DNA of 40,875 nt from Octopus bimaculoides (taxonomy: Eukaryota), in NCBI RefSeq assembly GCF_001194135.2, contig NC_068996.1, positions 35,070,808 to 35,111,682 on the forward strand, given 5' to 3'. The notes beneath the pieces are model-generated. The model had not been told where the DNA came from. It saw only the letters and a list, made by a program, of their open reading frames with translations, and searched no databases. Made by a program: the position numbers and the translations under genes. Shown here one piece after another: positions 12,380 through 23,232 of the stretch. The first letter of the stretch is position 1. Every line of letters starts with the position of its first letter.

Positions 12380-13610
12380 GACATATGTAAACCCCTGGAT
12401 GGGATGCCAGCCCATCACAGGAATACTCATTTTTGTTAGCAAGTTAGTAGTGGGGGTGGGTGCGCTGAAAGTGTAACTACTAGAATAAGAATAGCCTGGG
12501 CCAAGTTTAGAGAGCTCTTACCTCTGCTGGCGACAAAGGGACTCTCACTCAGGGTAAAAAGCAGACTGTATGACACATGTGTACGAACAGCCATGCTACA
12601 TGGCAGTGAAACATGGGCTGTGACTGCTGAGGACATGCGTAAGCTCGCAAGGAATGAAGCCAGTATGCTCCGCTGGATGTGTAATGTAAATGTGCATACC
12701 CGTCAGAGTGTAAGTATCTTGAGAGAAAAGCTGAACATTAGAAGCATCAGTTGTGGTGTGCAAGAGAGACGATTGCGCTGGTTTGGACATGTGGTGAGAA
12801 TGAATNNNNNNNNNNNNNNNNNNNNNNNNNNNNNNNNNNNNNNNNNNNNNNNNNNNNNNNNNNNNNNNNNNNNNNNNNNNNNNNNNNNNNNNNNNNNNNN
12901 NNNNNNNNNNNNNNNNNNNNNNNNNNNNNNNNNNNNNNNNNNNNNNNNNNNNNNNNNNNNNNNNNNNNNNNNNNNNNNNNNNNNNNNNNNNNNNNNNNNN
13001 NNNNNNNNNNNNNNNNNNNNNNNNNNNNNNNNNNNNNNNNNNNNNNNNNNNNNNNNNNNNNNNNNNNNNNNNNNNNNNNNNNNNNNNNNNNNNNNNNNNN
13101 NNNNNNNNNNNNNNNNNNNNNNNNNNNNNNNNNNNNNNNNNNNNNNNNNNNNNNNNNNNNNNNNNNNNNNNNNNNNNNNNNNNNNNNNNNNNNNNNNNNN
13201 NNNNNNNNNNNNNNNNNNNNNNNNNNNNNNNNNNCGAGATCGTTGCCAGTGGCACATAAAAGACACCATTTTGAGCGTGGCCGTTTTCGTGCGGGTGACA
13301 CGTAAAAGCACCCACTATACTCTCTGAGTGGTTGGCGTTAGGAAGGGCATCCAGCTGTAGAAACTCTGCCAAATTAAATTGGAGCCTGGTGTAGCCATCC
13401 GGTTGCACCAGTCCTCAGTCAAATCGTCCAACCCATGCTAGCATGGAAAGCGGACGTTAAACGATGATGATGATGATGATGATGATGATGAGTGAACTGG
13501 GGCAATGTGAAATTAAATGTTTTGCTCAAGAACACAACATGCTGCCAATCCAGGAATTGAAACCACAATCTTATCATCATGAATCCAACAACCTAACCAC
13601 TAATCCACAA
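12380..13610 (-). mobile_element. Third SINE type (tRNA head plus CORE-like), split by the RTE insertion
   Basis: Left part ...aatactcatttttgttagc resumes after the RTE tail as (t)gagtgaactggggcaatgtgaaattaaatgttttgctcaagaacacaac. Confidence 0.65.
12440..13489 (+). mobile_element. Young 5'-truncated RTE-clade LINE (ORF C-terminal region, 3' UTR, (GAT)n tail)
   Basis: Stop-free RIRIAWAKFRELLPLL...MLHGSETW...QERRLRWFGHVVRM up to the gap; CpGs intact. Confidence 0.95.
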
Positions 13611-13924
13611 ACCTGAAATATATATAATGACTATATACTACACAATGTAAATACCTATATACATACTCACTCTTATACACACTCAAACACTTATACATGC
13701 ATAAGAATTGTACTGAAAGTAAAGCAAAGTGAGCATAACTTGAATGACCCATACCAGCCATAAATAATGCAAGTCATTCAAATTGCATGTGTTGGTAGAG
13801 TAGAATAATTTCAGGCTAAAGAGACATCACCCAGTGTTTTCAGATTTTTCTGACATATTGAAGAGAACAGTGTCCTCTCCCACATTTTTGTCCTCTTCCT
13901 AACAACTATAATGGGTTTTGATTT

Positions 13925-14120
13925 AGATACAAAGCCAGCAATTTTGATGGGCAGGGGATTAGCCAACACTATTGACTCCTATTACTCTATTTTATCAACC
14001 TTGGAGGGAAAAAAAGCAAAGTTGATCTCAGTGTGATTTGAATTCAGAATGGAAAGAACCAAAATAAATTCTACAAGGTGTTTTTTCTGATATTCTAAAA
14101 GATCTGCAAGCTCACCATCT
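13925..14120 (-). mobile_element. Decayed Deu/Nin-like SINE
   Basis: ttttatcaaccttggaggg...aaagcaaagttgatctcagtgtgatttgaattcagaat. Confidence 0.7.
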
Positions 14121-14497
14121 TCCAACACACCAACGATTTATACTGACAAAGAAAGTAGCATATTTATTAGTTTGGCGTATGTAACTTTTGCTTTAAGAAA
14201 GCACTTACTAAATTATACACTGTTTAGAAATTCCAATGCTAAAATATCTTTTTTTTTTTTAAAAAATCAAAATGAGGCTTTTAATTTCTTTTATTATTGT
14301 ACATACTCCAATCACAAAAATTTTTATTCACTGTGACAGTCTCTGTCTCTCTCTCTCTACTGTCTCTTTTCAATTGTTTTCAATAAAAATAACTGATTAC
14401 ATAGCTCTTTGTAATAGATAATAATAACAACAATAAAAACAATAATACATATCTCAGACAAGTCACATGATTCAGTTAGAAAACATCATTTTTTTAC

Positions 14498-14586
14498 CTG
14501 AGCCGTAGTTGAACCCTTTAAGCTTGAAATGCTTCCAGATCGTAATGATGTCTTTGATCCAAGAGGCTTTTTCTGGGACTTTGCAT
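14498..14586 (-). CDS. Candidate internal exon, 89 nt; preferred phase 1->0, (D)AKSQKKPLGSKTSLRSGSISSLKGSTTAQ
   Basis: cttgtccttaaatctgtttcag|ATGCAAAG...GGCTCAG|gtaaaa. Non-repetitive, relatively GC-rich island. A second frame (CKVPEKASWIK...) is also open. Confidence 0.68.
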
Positions 14587-15454
14587 CTGAAACAGATTTA
14601 AGGACAAGTGATGAATATTTTAAAATTCAATAAAATCTCTGTGTGCATTCTCAAACTATTATGTATCAGAATAATTAAGGTAAGCATTTTGGAGATGTCC
14701 ATGTTTGATGGATGATTTGATATGAGATCATTGGGCTGAAATTGAAGACATTTTAAAAACACTTTTTTTTCATTTTGTGATATATTAATTTCTTGAGCCC
14801 TACACCTATGATCTGCACTCTGATGCTATTCTATGGTGTCTGTTATTTGTGATATATATATATATATATATATATGGAGAGAGAGAGAGAGAAATATACA
14901 TTATATATATATATATATATGAACATCCACACATATACACATTTTTTTTGTTCAAGGGTGAAGGTCTTTTTTTTCCTCCCCAAAGTACTATTTGTTTGAG
15001 TAACATGATCTGAGATCATGTGTCAAATTGAAACAATGATGGCAGAATAATTTAAAACCATTCAAAATCAAAAAATGAAAACAGAACATTCCATTACATC
15101 ATTATTCCATTATACTCTTATTCTATTATATTCACTTTTATTTCTGTAATATAACTAATGTTGTAAATCATTGTTGAAGTCTATTTTTGTATGTTGTAAA
15201 ACTTAACAGAAATATATAGAATATAAATGCAAAAGAATTTTGGTAAATGTTCTCTCCAAAGAACAATCAATTCAATATGCTAAATGAACTTTTATAATTC
15301 AATAGTGTCCCCCACATATGACATATTCCATGTGAAATACAAAGAAATTTATAGTGAGACACTGGAAATGAAACATACAGAGAAGGAATTCTTAGCAAAA
15401 GATATGGAGAGAAGTCGATTTCATTTTGCTTTTTATGTCTATTTTTCTGTCTGT

Positions 15455-15640
15455 ATAGGTGCAGGTATAACTGCGTGGTAAGAAGTTTGTTTCCCAACCA
15501 GATGGTTTCAGGTTCAGTCTTACTGTGTGCCACCTTGGGCAAGTATCTTCTACTATATAGCCTTGGGCTAACCAAAACTTTGTGAGTGAATTTGATAGAG
15601 AGAAACTGGAAGAAGCCCATTGTGCATGTGTGTGTGTATG
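15455..15640 (+). mobile_element. CORE-like SINE head
   Basis: tggtaagaagtttgtttcccaacc...ggttcagtc...caccttgggcaagtatcttc. Confidence 0.85.
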
Positions 15641-15794
15641 TGTGTGTCAGTGTGTTTGTATATTAATATTTGTTTTTATGTACAGTTATAATAAAAATAA
15701 GTTTATAAATTTGTGTTGCAAGATTCCTGATGTGAAGTCATGTGTTAAAACAGATATTCTTGTATTCCGGGATGGTCTATTTTTGCCAAATAAA

Positions 15795-16073
15795 CACATG
15801 TACTATATATTTGTTCTTCACTTGTTTATTACTGCTCTTATTTTAATTCATGTCCATTGTCCAGAAATCTTTTGTCACATCTGTGACTTACTCAGCAGCA
15901 CTTTCCATCTTCACGTGTGCTCTTGCTGGAATGAGCAGAGCAAGAGCGCACACAAAAACAGAAAGTGTCGCTGAAGAGAATACAGATGTATGAAGAAAGA
16001 TTTCCAGACAATGGACACGAGTTAGAATAAAAACAGTAATAAACGAGTGAAGAACGAATATACAGCACATATG
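15795..16073 (-). other. Long imperfect inverted repeat (fold-back): 78-bp outer stem plus 36-bp apical stem, 11-nt loop
   Basis: 15795-15872 pairs with 16073-15996, and 15892-15927 with 15974-15939; aligned by hand without gaps. Confidence 0.95.
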
Positions 16074-16140
16074 GTTATTGGTGGTGCTGCTGGGGAAGAT
16101 AATCCTGAAATACAACAATTTGTTAACCACACAGCCATGC

Positions 16141-16193
<53 letters not shown>

Positions 16194-16599
16194 ATAAAAT
16201 GTTCAACAGATTTTAAAAGACTTATTTTCTTGGCTGTTTTAAAACACTATTTCTATAGATATTGGGTTTCTGTAATAGGTTAAGAAAAAAAACTAATTTA
16301 ATAAAAAAAGATTTGAGGGAAGGGGAGAGTTGATACTCCACCTTTAATGTCAACTCTCTTCTCTGGTTTTGAAAAAATATACATAAGATAGTAGAAACAC
16401 ATCACCTCTGTGGTTATGGTATCTATATAAAACATGTATGAACTGTCTTTTAAACCTTTGCCTGTTCAAAGCATTTTCATAAGTTTGTCCTAAGTATACA
16501 CGCTTGTCTATAGACATTTGGCCCTTTTTTTATATGTTCTGTGTAATATAAAGCTTTCCTAAGTCTCAAGTCTGGATTAAAAACTGGATATAATAGGAA

Positions 16600-16840
16600 T
16601 GAGATGTGTAAGAGAGAAGACTAAAGTGGTAGAGACATGTAACATGTAGGGAGGACAACAGTTGGGTAAAGAAGTACCAAATGATATCCACGGAAAGAAC
16701 ATGTGGAAGAGGAAGTATAAAGAATATGTGGACTGCTGTGATAAGGGCTAATCTTAGAATCTCACACAAGAAAATAAATGGAGAGTTGATGTGTTGAAAT
16801 TGATCCATCTAACACATGGTAGTATGAATGCTAACATAGT
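16600..16840 (+). mobile_element. Very old RTE ORF C-terminus fragment
   Basis: RLKW*RHVTCREDNSWVKKY...TCGRGSIKNMWTAVIRANL aligns to the young copy (RLRWYGHVVRMEEDSCVKKC...RGRGRPRKTWAEVVRQDL). Confidence 0.75.
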
Positions 16841-16951
16841 TTAATTACACTGAAATAGAAGAAAAATAAATTAGAAAAGAAATGACAATGAGGTTTATGT
16901 ATAACCTTTCATTAAGACTGTAATGTTCATATACTAAAATATAGATAAGTG

Positions 16952-16984
<33 letters not shown>

Positions 16985-17929
16985 NNNNNNNNNNNNNNNN
17001 NNNNNNNNNNNNNNNNNNNNNNNNNNNNNNNNNNNNNNNNNNNNNNNNNNNNNNNNNNNNNNNNNNNNNNNNNNNNNNNNNNNNNNNNNNNNNNNNNNNN
17101 NNNNNNNNNNNNNNNNNNNNNNNNNNNNNNNNNNNNNNNNNNNNNNNNNNNNNNNNNNNNNNNNNNNNNNNNNNNNNNNNNNNNNNNNNNNNNNNNNNNN
17201 NNNNNNNNNNNNNNNNNNNNNNNNNNNNNNNNNNNNNNNNNNNNNNNNNNNNNNNNNNNNNNNNNNNNNNNNNNNNNNNNNNNNNNNNNNNNNNNNNNNN
17301 NNNNNNNNNNNNNNNNNNNNNNNNNNNNNNNNNNNNNNNNNNNNNNNNNNNNNNNNNNNNNNNNNNNNNNNNNNNNNNNNNNNNNNNNNNNNNNNNNNNN
17401 NNNNNNNNNNNNNNNNNNNNNNNNNNNNNNNNNNNNNNNNNNNNNNNNNNNNNNNNNNNNNNNNNNNNNNNNNNNNNNNNNNNNNNNNNNNNNNNNNNNN
17501 NNNNNNNNNNNNNNNNNNNNNNNNNNNNNNNNNNNNNNNNNNNNNNNNNNNNNNNNNNNNNNNNNNNNNNNNNNNNNNNNNNNNNNNNNNNNNNNNNNNN
17601 NNNNNNNNNNNNNNNNNNNNNNNNNNNNNNNNNNNNNNNNNNNNNNNNNNNNNNNNNNNNNNNNNNNNNNNNNNNNNNNNNNNNNNNNNNNNNNNNNNNN
17701 NNNAGGAAATACTACCTTACTTGCAAACAAGGAAGAATTGGTGACAGGAAGGGCATCAGGCTGTAGGAAATCCGCTGCAATAAATTCCATGATGACAACC
17801 AAAATGATTGTCAACTATTTCCATGTAAAAGTCATTAAACTTCCACTAAAAAGTACTGAGTGGGCCTTTAGTTAAGCGTTAAATTGCTTTTGTTTACATA
17901 TATATATAACTTGAAATAAAAACAAACAT

Positions 17930-17931
17930 TA

Positions 17932-17968
<37 letters not shown>

Positions 17969-17973
17969 TGTGT

Positions 17974-18010
<37 letters not shown>

Positions 18011-18020
18011 CACACACACA
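17930..18020. repeat. (TG)n microsatellite
   Basis: Direct reading. Confidence 0.98.
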
Positions 18021-18024
18021 TGTA

Positions 18025-18882
18025 CAGGCGGTCTAAAATAACTTTATTGAAAAATTAATTTCTTTTATGTTTTTATAGATTTTATAAAAACCTTGGAGAT
18101 TAAACCATGGAAAAGTTCAAGACCAAACAGCAAACACAAATTGTGCAATTTTATTATCAAAACTAAGGATCAATAATTCTAACTCAATGAGCAATACCGT
18201 TGCCATTATGGTGTGAGAGACTTGGGGTTTGGAAAATCCTAGGGCAATTCACCAAAGGGAATTGTATCCTCTTAAGTGTACGGTCTGGTGTGGAGTGATG
18301 TCAGAAGACGTGATGGGACCTTATTTTTGTGAAGATGACAATGGGAACTTTCCATAATTACAGAGTATGAATATTGGTTTATGATAAAAAATTTCTTACT
18401 CCCAGCAGTTTGAGATAAACCTGGCATGTCGTTTCAACAGGACAGAGACACAGCACAAGGCCCACAATATAACTGCTCAAGCATATTTTTGAGGGAAGAA
18501 TAATTTCCTACAGTTGTGACATATGTTGGCCATCACTTTCTCCAGATCAGACAGCTCCTGACTATTCCCTATGGAGCTATCTCAAGGAAGAAAAATTATG
18601 TTAACAAGTCTCAGACACTTCAACAGCTTAAGAACAATATTTAAACTGAAATCAGAGCACTGGAACCTGAAACATTAAGAGTTGTCATAGAAAACACCTT
18701 AGAAAGGGCACATTTGTGTGAAGTAGAAAATGGAGGCCATTTATAAGATGTGATTTTTCATATGTAATGTAAATGCATTTTCTATATGTACTGTTTATGA
18801 CACTAAAGTTTTGTAAATTTAAAACAAAATATAAAGGGGTTATTAAGCATTCAAACCCCTCCATGACTTTTGGCTCACACTG
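18025..18882 (+). mobile_element. Internally deleted Tc1/mariner element, rosa (DD41D)-like; pseudo-transposase ~18107-18767
   Basis: MEKFKTKQQTQIVQFYYQN (HTH), KCTVWCG...GPYF, FQQD, WPSLSPDQTAPDYSLWSYLK, NGGHL; TA-flanked degenerate ends. D-to-D distance is 116 nt with indels, so the subfamily is tentative. Confidence 0.85.
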
Positions 18883-20296
18883 TACATAATATATATGTAT
18901 ATATATATACACACACACACATGTATATACATATATATAGCTAGAACAGAAAGACACTGTTGCTAACCGAGAAACGGCCATACATCCATACTACATTCCT
19001 GGCAATGTGTGTTAATGCCTCCTGCAGTCCCTTACCACCACCATTATCCAAGCCTTCCCCTAACAGTTGTTGGGTTCTTATAGTTTAAAATACCATTCAA
19101 ATATATATCATGACATGAAGACAGTAGTAACAATGGAAAAAGGCCAGTTCGAAAGTTGGAATGGAAGTTAGAACTAATTCTTTTCATTATCAAATTCTTC
19201 AACAGACCAAAGTGAAGCAGTAAAACTGCTTAAAATAAATCTAAGACAACAGTCTGTTGCAGGCAGTTATCGACTTTTCCCAATTTCACAACATGTTATG
19301 GGACAACACTAGTACAGAATATAATGTAATTATTTGTATAGTAATTAGCTGTGCACTAGAGAAATTAATTTGTATTTAATTCTTGTACACAAGTAATCTA
19401 CATGGTCACATGAACTGCAAGAAATAACAACTGAATTCTCAAATCACATCCTACTATCTTGAGAAAGGAAAGATATTTTGTATAATGTAGTGAGGAATAT
19501 GTGAGAAAGATCAAATGGCTATGATTGGAAAAGCTGTGGCTATAAATAATTCTACTGAATCAGGACTATCCTGGGGGATAAAGAACAACTTGTAAATTTT
19601 CAAATATTCACATCTGCCATCATCACACTTATCATCTATACCACCACTACCATGATCATGACACCACATTCATCATCATCATAAGTATCATCAACACATC
19701 CACTACTTTCACCACTATCCCCTTCCCCCCGTCCTTATTGCTGCTGCTCTTGTTGTTACTACTACAGCCACTACCACCACCACTGCCAGATATGGGTTAA
19801 TCGTATTAGAAATTCTTAGAAAAAGAAGGCTACTGGAAAAATATAAGAACGCACATACACACACACATATATATAATAGATGTTGTTGATGGAATATTTA
19901 CAAAGAGAGAAGGAGGTGGAATAACCAAAGAAAGCAAAGAATTTAAATGGACAGAGATCCATGTATAAGAGTGATACCTTCACAAGAATTATTTACAAGA
20001 GTAAATAAGCAGAAAAGATTTCACTAAGAACAGAACCAGGTTTGCCTAACCTGAGAGAAAGTTACTTCAGTTGCTATTGCACTGTCTTATAATGTTTGTA
20101 TAAAAATATAATTTTTATTCTAAAGATATATATATATATATAGTACTGAATCTAAAACCACATTAAAACAAGTGACATGACAGAAGAGGTAATTAAAGTA
20201 GGAATCTAATCAGTTGGTATAATTTTTAATATCTTTAGATTTTAGTAATTGGAAAAAAAATTTAAAAAGTGACCCCTGAATTAGGTTATGTAATCT

Positions 20297-20722
20297 GCTG
20301 TAATATGTAATGTAGTCTCACCAATACATAATATAGTCTCTGTAATATGTAATATAGTACCTCTAATGTGTAAATAAAGTCCTTATAATATATGTAATGT
20401 AGTCCCAGTAATATGTAATACAGTTACTCTAAATCTGTAATGTAGTCCCTATGATATATAATATGGTCCCAGAAATATGTCCCAGTAATATGTAATATAG
20501 TCCTGCTAATCTGTAAGGTAGTCCCTATAATATATTACATGGTTTCTGTAATATGTAATATAGTCCCTGTAATGTGTAATATAGTCTTTGTAATGTATAA
20601 TATAGTCCCTGTAATATGTAATGTATTTGTAATCTGTAATGTAGTCTTTATAATATGTAATTCAGCCCCTGTAATATAGTCACTGTAATATGTAATGTAG
20701 TCTCTGAAAGATGTAAAGTCTC
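20297..20722. repeat. 21-bp minisatellite, consensus TGTAATATGTAATATAGTCCC, about 20 copies
   Basis: Direct reading. Confidence 0.92.
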
Positions 20723-20849
20723 CATGATTAATTAACTATAATTAAATGAGTCCTGAAGCGAAATTTCCAAAACAGGAATTCCCAAGAATGCATTCACATA
20801 TCACAAATTCCATTAATATCTGCTGTTATAAATACCTGAAATAAGTCCA

Positions 20850-20950
20850 GGAGTTTTTACACATTGAATGGCTAGGGGTCCTCTACTCGCAACCCAGAGT
20901 AAAATAGGAATCAAAGGGGTCCATATGTAAAATACGGTTGAAAACCATTG
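20850..20950. mobile_element. Possible hAT (Charlie-like) MITE end
   Basis: ggggtcc...ggggtccat...ggttgaaaaccattg resembles a cagtggttctcaacc-type terminus; the partner end was not found. Confidence 0.35.
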
Positions 20951-21204
20951 TAGTAGACCTCTGATCAAAGATGTTTCTGCTGTGACCATCCTGTTTGTTG
21001 CTTTATTCAGACAGTTGGATTTGATCCGAGATGAATTTAACCCCAGGTCTACCCAGATCCACCAGACCTATGATCAAAGATATTTTGTTTGGACATTTGG
21101 TCTTTTTTTGTATTTTAGACATTGTTCTTCAGTTTTGTGTATGATTTGAGGGAGATTTGGTTGCTACTTTTAGGTCAAATGTCTGTGTAGGGGATTCTTC
21201 TTTG

Positions 21205-21205
21205 G

Positions 21206-21280
<75 letters not shown>
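21205..21280. repeat. (CAA)n(TAA)n microsatellite
   Basis: Direct reading. Confidence 0.98.
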
Positions 21281-21281
<1 letters not shown>

Positions 21282-22599
21282 TATCATTTTGGTACAAGGC
21301 CAGCAATTTTGAAGGGAGTGGGTACCTCAGTTATATCGACCCCACTGTATTTGACTGGCACTTTATTTCATCCACCTCAAAAGGATAAAAGCTAAAGTTG
21401 ATCATGGCAGAATTTGAACTTGGAACATAAAGGGTCAGAATGAATACTACAAAAGATATTTTTTCATCCCTGATGCTCTAATGATTCTGCCAGTCCCCAC
21501 CCATCTTAATAATAATAATAATAATAACCCTTTCTACTATAGGTACAAGGCCTGGATTTTGTGGGGAGGAGAACAGTCAATCACATCGACCCCAGTACTC
21601 CAGTGGTACTTAATTTATCGACCCCGAAAGGATGAAAGGCAAAGCTGACCTCGGCGGAATTTGAACTCAGAATGTAGTGACAGATGAAGTACCACTAAGC
21701 ACTTCACCTAGCGGGCTAACAGTTCTGCCAACTCACCACTTTATTATTAATAAAAGTAATAATCCTTTTTATTATAGGCACAAGACCTGGAATTTTTGGG
21801 AAGGGAGCTAGTTAATTGCATCGACCCCAGTGTATCACTGATACCTAATTTATCGTAGAAGCATCAGTTGTGGCGTGCAAGAGAGACGATTGCGCTGGTA
21901 TGGACATGTGGTGAGAATGGAGGAGGATAGCTGCGTGAAAAAGTGCCACACCCTAACAGTTGAGGGAACCCGTGGAAGAGGTAGGCCCAGGAAGACCTGG
22001 GCTGAGGTGGTGAGGCAAGACCTTCGTACATTGGGCCTCACCGAGGCGATGACTACGGACCGAGACCTTTGGAAATGGGCTGTGCGTGAGAAGACCCGGC
22101 AAGCCAAGTAAGATCGTTGCNNNNNNNNNNNNNNNNNNNNNNNNNNNNNNNNNNNNNNNNNNNNNNNNNNNNNNNNNNNNNNNNNNNNNNNNNNNNNNNN
22201 NNNNNNNNNNNNNNNNNNNNNNNNNNNNNNNNNNNNNNNNNNNNNNNNNNNNNNNNCATAAAAGACACCATTTCGAGCGTGGCCGTTTTCGTGCGGGTGA
22301 CACGTAAAAGCACCCACTACACTCTCTGAGTGGTTGGCGTTAGGAAGGGCATCCAGCTGTAGAAACTCTGCCAAATCAGACTGGAGCCTGGTGTTGCCAT
22401 CCGGTTTCACCAGTCCTCAGTCAAATCGTCCAACCCATGCTAGCATGGAAAGCGGACGTTTAAACGATGATGATGATGATGATGAAAAGGATGAAAGGTA
22501 AAGTTGACCTTGGTGGAATTTGAACTCAAAACGTAGTGGCAGATGAAATATCACTAAGCATTTCACCCACCAGGCTAACAATTCTGCCAGCTCACAGCC

Positions 22600-22649
<50 letters not shown>

Positions 22650-23232
22650 CCTTTCTTCTATAGGCACAGGGCCTGAAATTTAGGGGAGGGGGGATAGTCA
22701 ACTATATCGACTCCAGTACATAACTTGTACTTAATTTATCAGAATTTGACTGAGAACAAAAAGCTAGAAGAAATGCTACTAAGATATTTCTTCTAATATG
22801 TTAATGATTCTGCCAGCTTGCTACTTAATAATTTCAAATTTTGGCACAAGGCCAGCAATTTCAGGAGAGAAGGTAAGTTGATCACAGTGACCCCAGTGCT
22901 CAACAGGTACTTATTCCATCAATCCCTGAAAGGAATGAAAGACAAGATCAACCCCAACAGAATTTGAACACACAACACAAAGACAGATGAAAAGTGGTTA
23001 GGCATTTCATCCAGTGTGCTAACAATTCTGCCAATTCCCTGCCATAATAATAATAATAATAATCCTTTCTACTATATAAGCACAAGGCCTGAAATTTGGG
23101 TGAGGGAACTAGTCGATTACATCAACCCCAGTATTTCACTGGTACTTAATTTGAACTCAGAATGTGCAGATGGGTGACATGCCGCTAAGCATTTCATCCG
23201 GCATGCTAATGATTCTGTCAGCTCACCGCCTT
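21280..23232 (-). mobile_element. Head-to-tail array of six Deu/Nin-like SINEs, mostly separated by TAA-rich runs
   Basis: Copies at ~21280-21500, 21530-21740, 21765-21855+22486-22600, 22650-22825, 22835-23045 and 23063-23232, all in the same orientation. Confidence 0.88.
21856..22484 (+). mobile_element. Young 5'-truncated RTE LINE nested in a SINE
   Basis: QERRLRWYGHVVRM...GRGRPRKTW...KTRQAK* (21875-22111); 3' UTR differs from the 13.2-kb copy at about 8 of ~210 positions; (GAT)n tail. Confidence 0.96.

Noticed and set aside
13671-13712. 42-nt minus-strand unit with good AG/GTGAGT sites
   Set aside because: Has a stop in the frame required by the chain and looks like decayed (TG)n.
14498-14586. 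Chemokine-like C..P...WIK.II reading
   Set aside because: Short chance resemblance; no CC/CXC N-terminus; the other frame chains better.
19036-19059. 24-nt minus-strand exon candidate (GEGLDNGG|gtaagg), plus a plus-strand terminal-exon-like frame near 19207
   Set aside because: The acceptor lacks a pyrimidine tract and several readings conflict; unresolved without RNA data.
21280-23232. CRISPR-like repeat/spacer appearance (also the 66-bp units at 27.6 kb)
   Set aside because: Eukaryotic retroposon copies, with no identical short repeats, unique spacers or cas genes.
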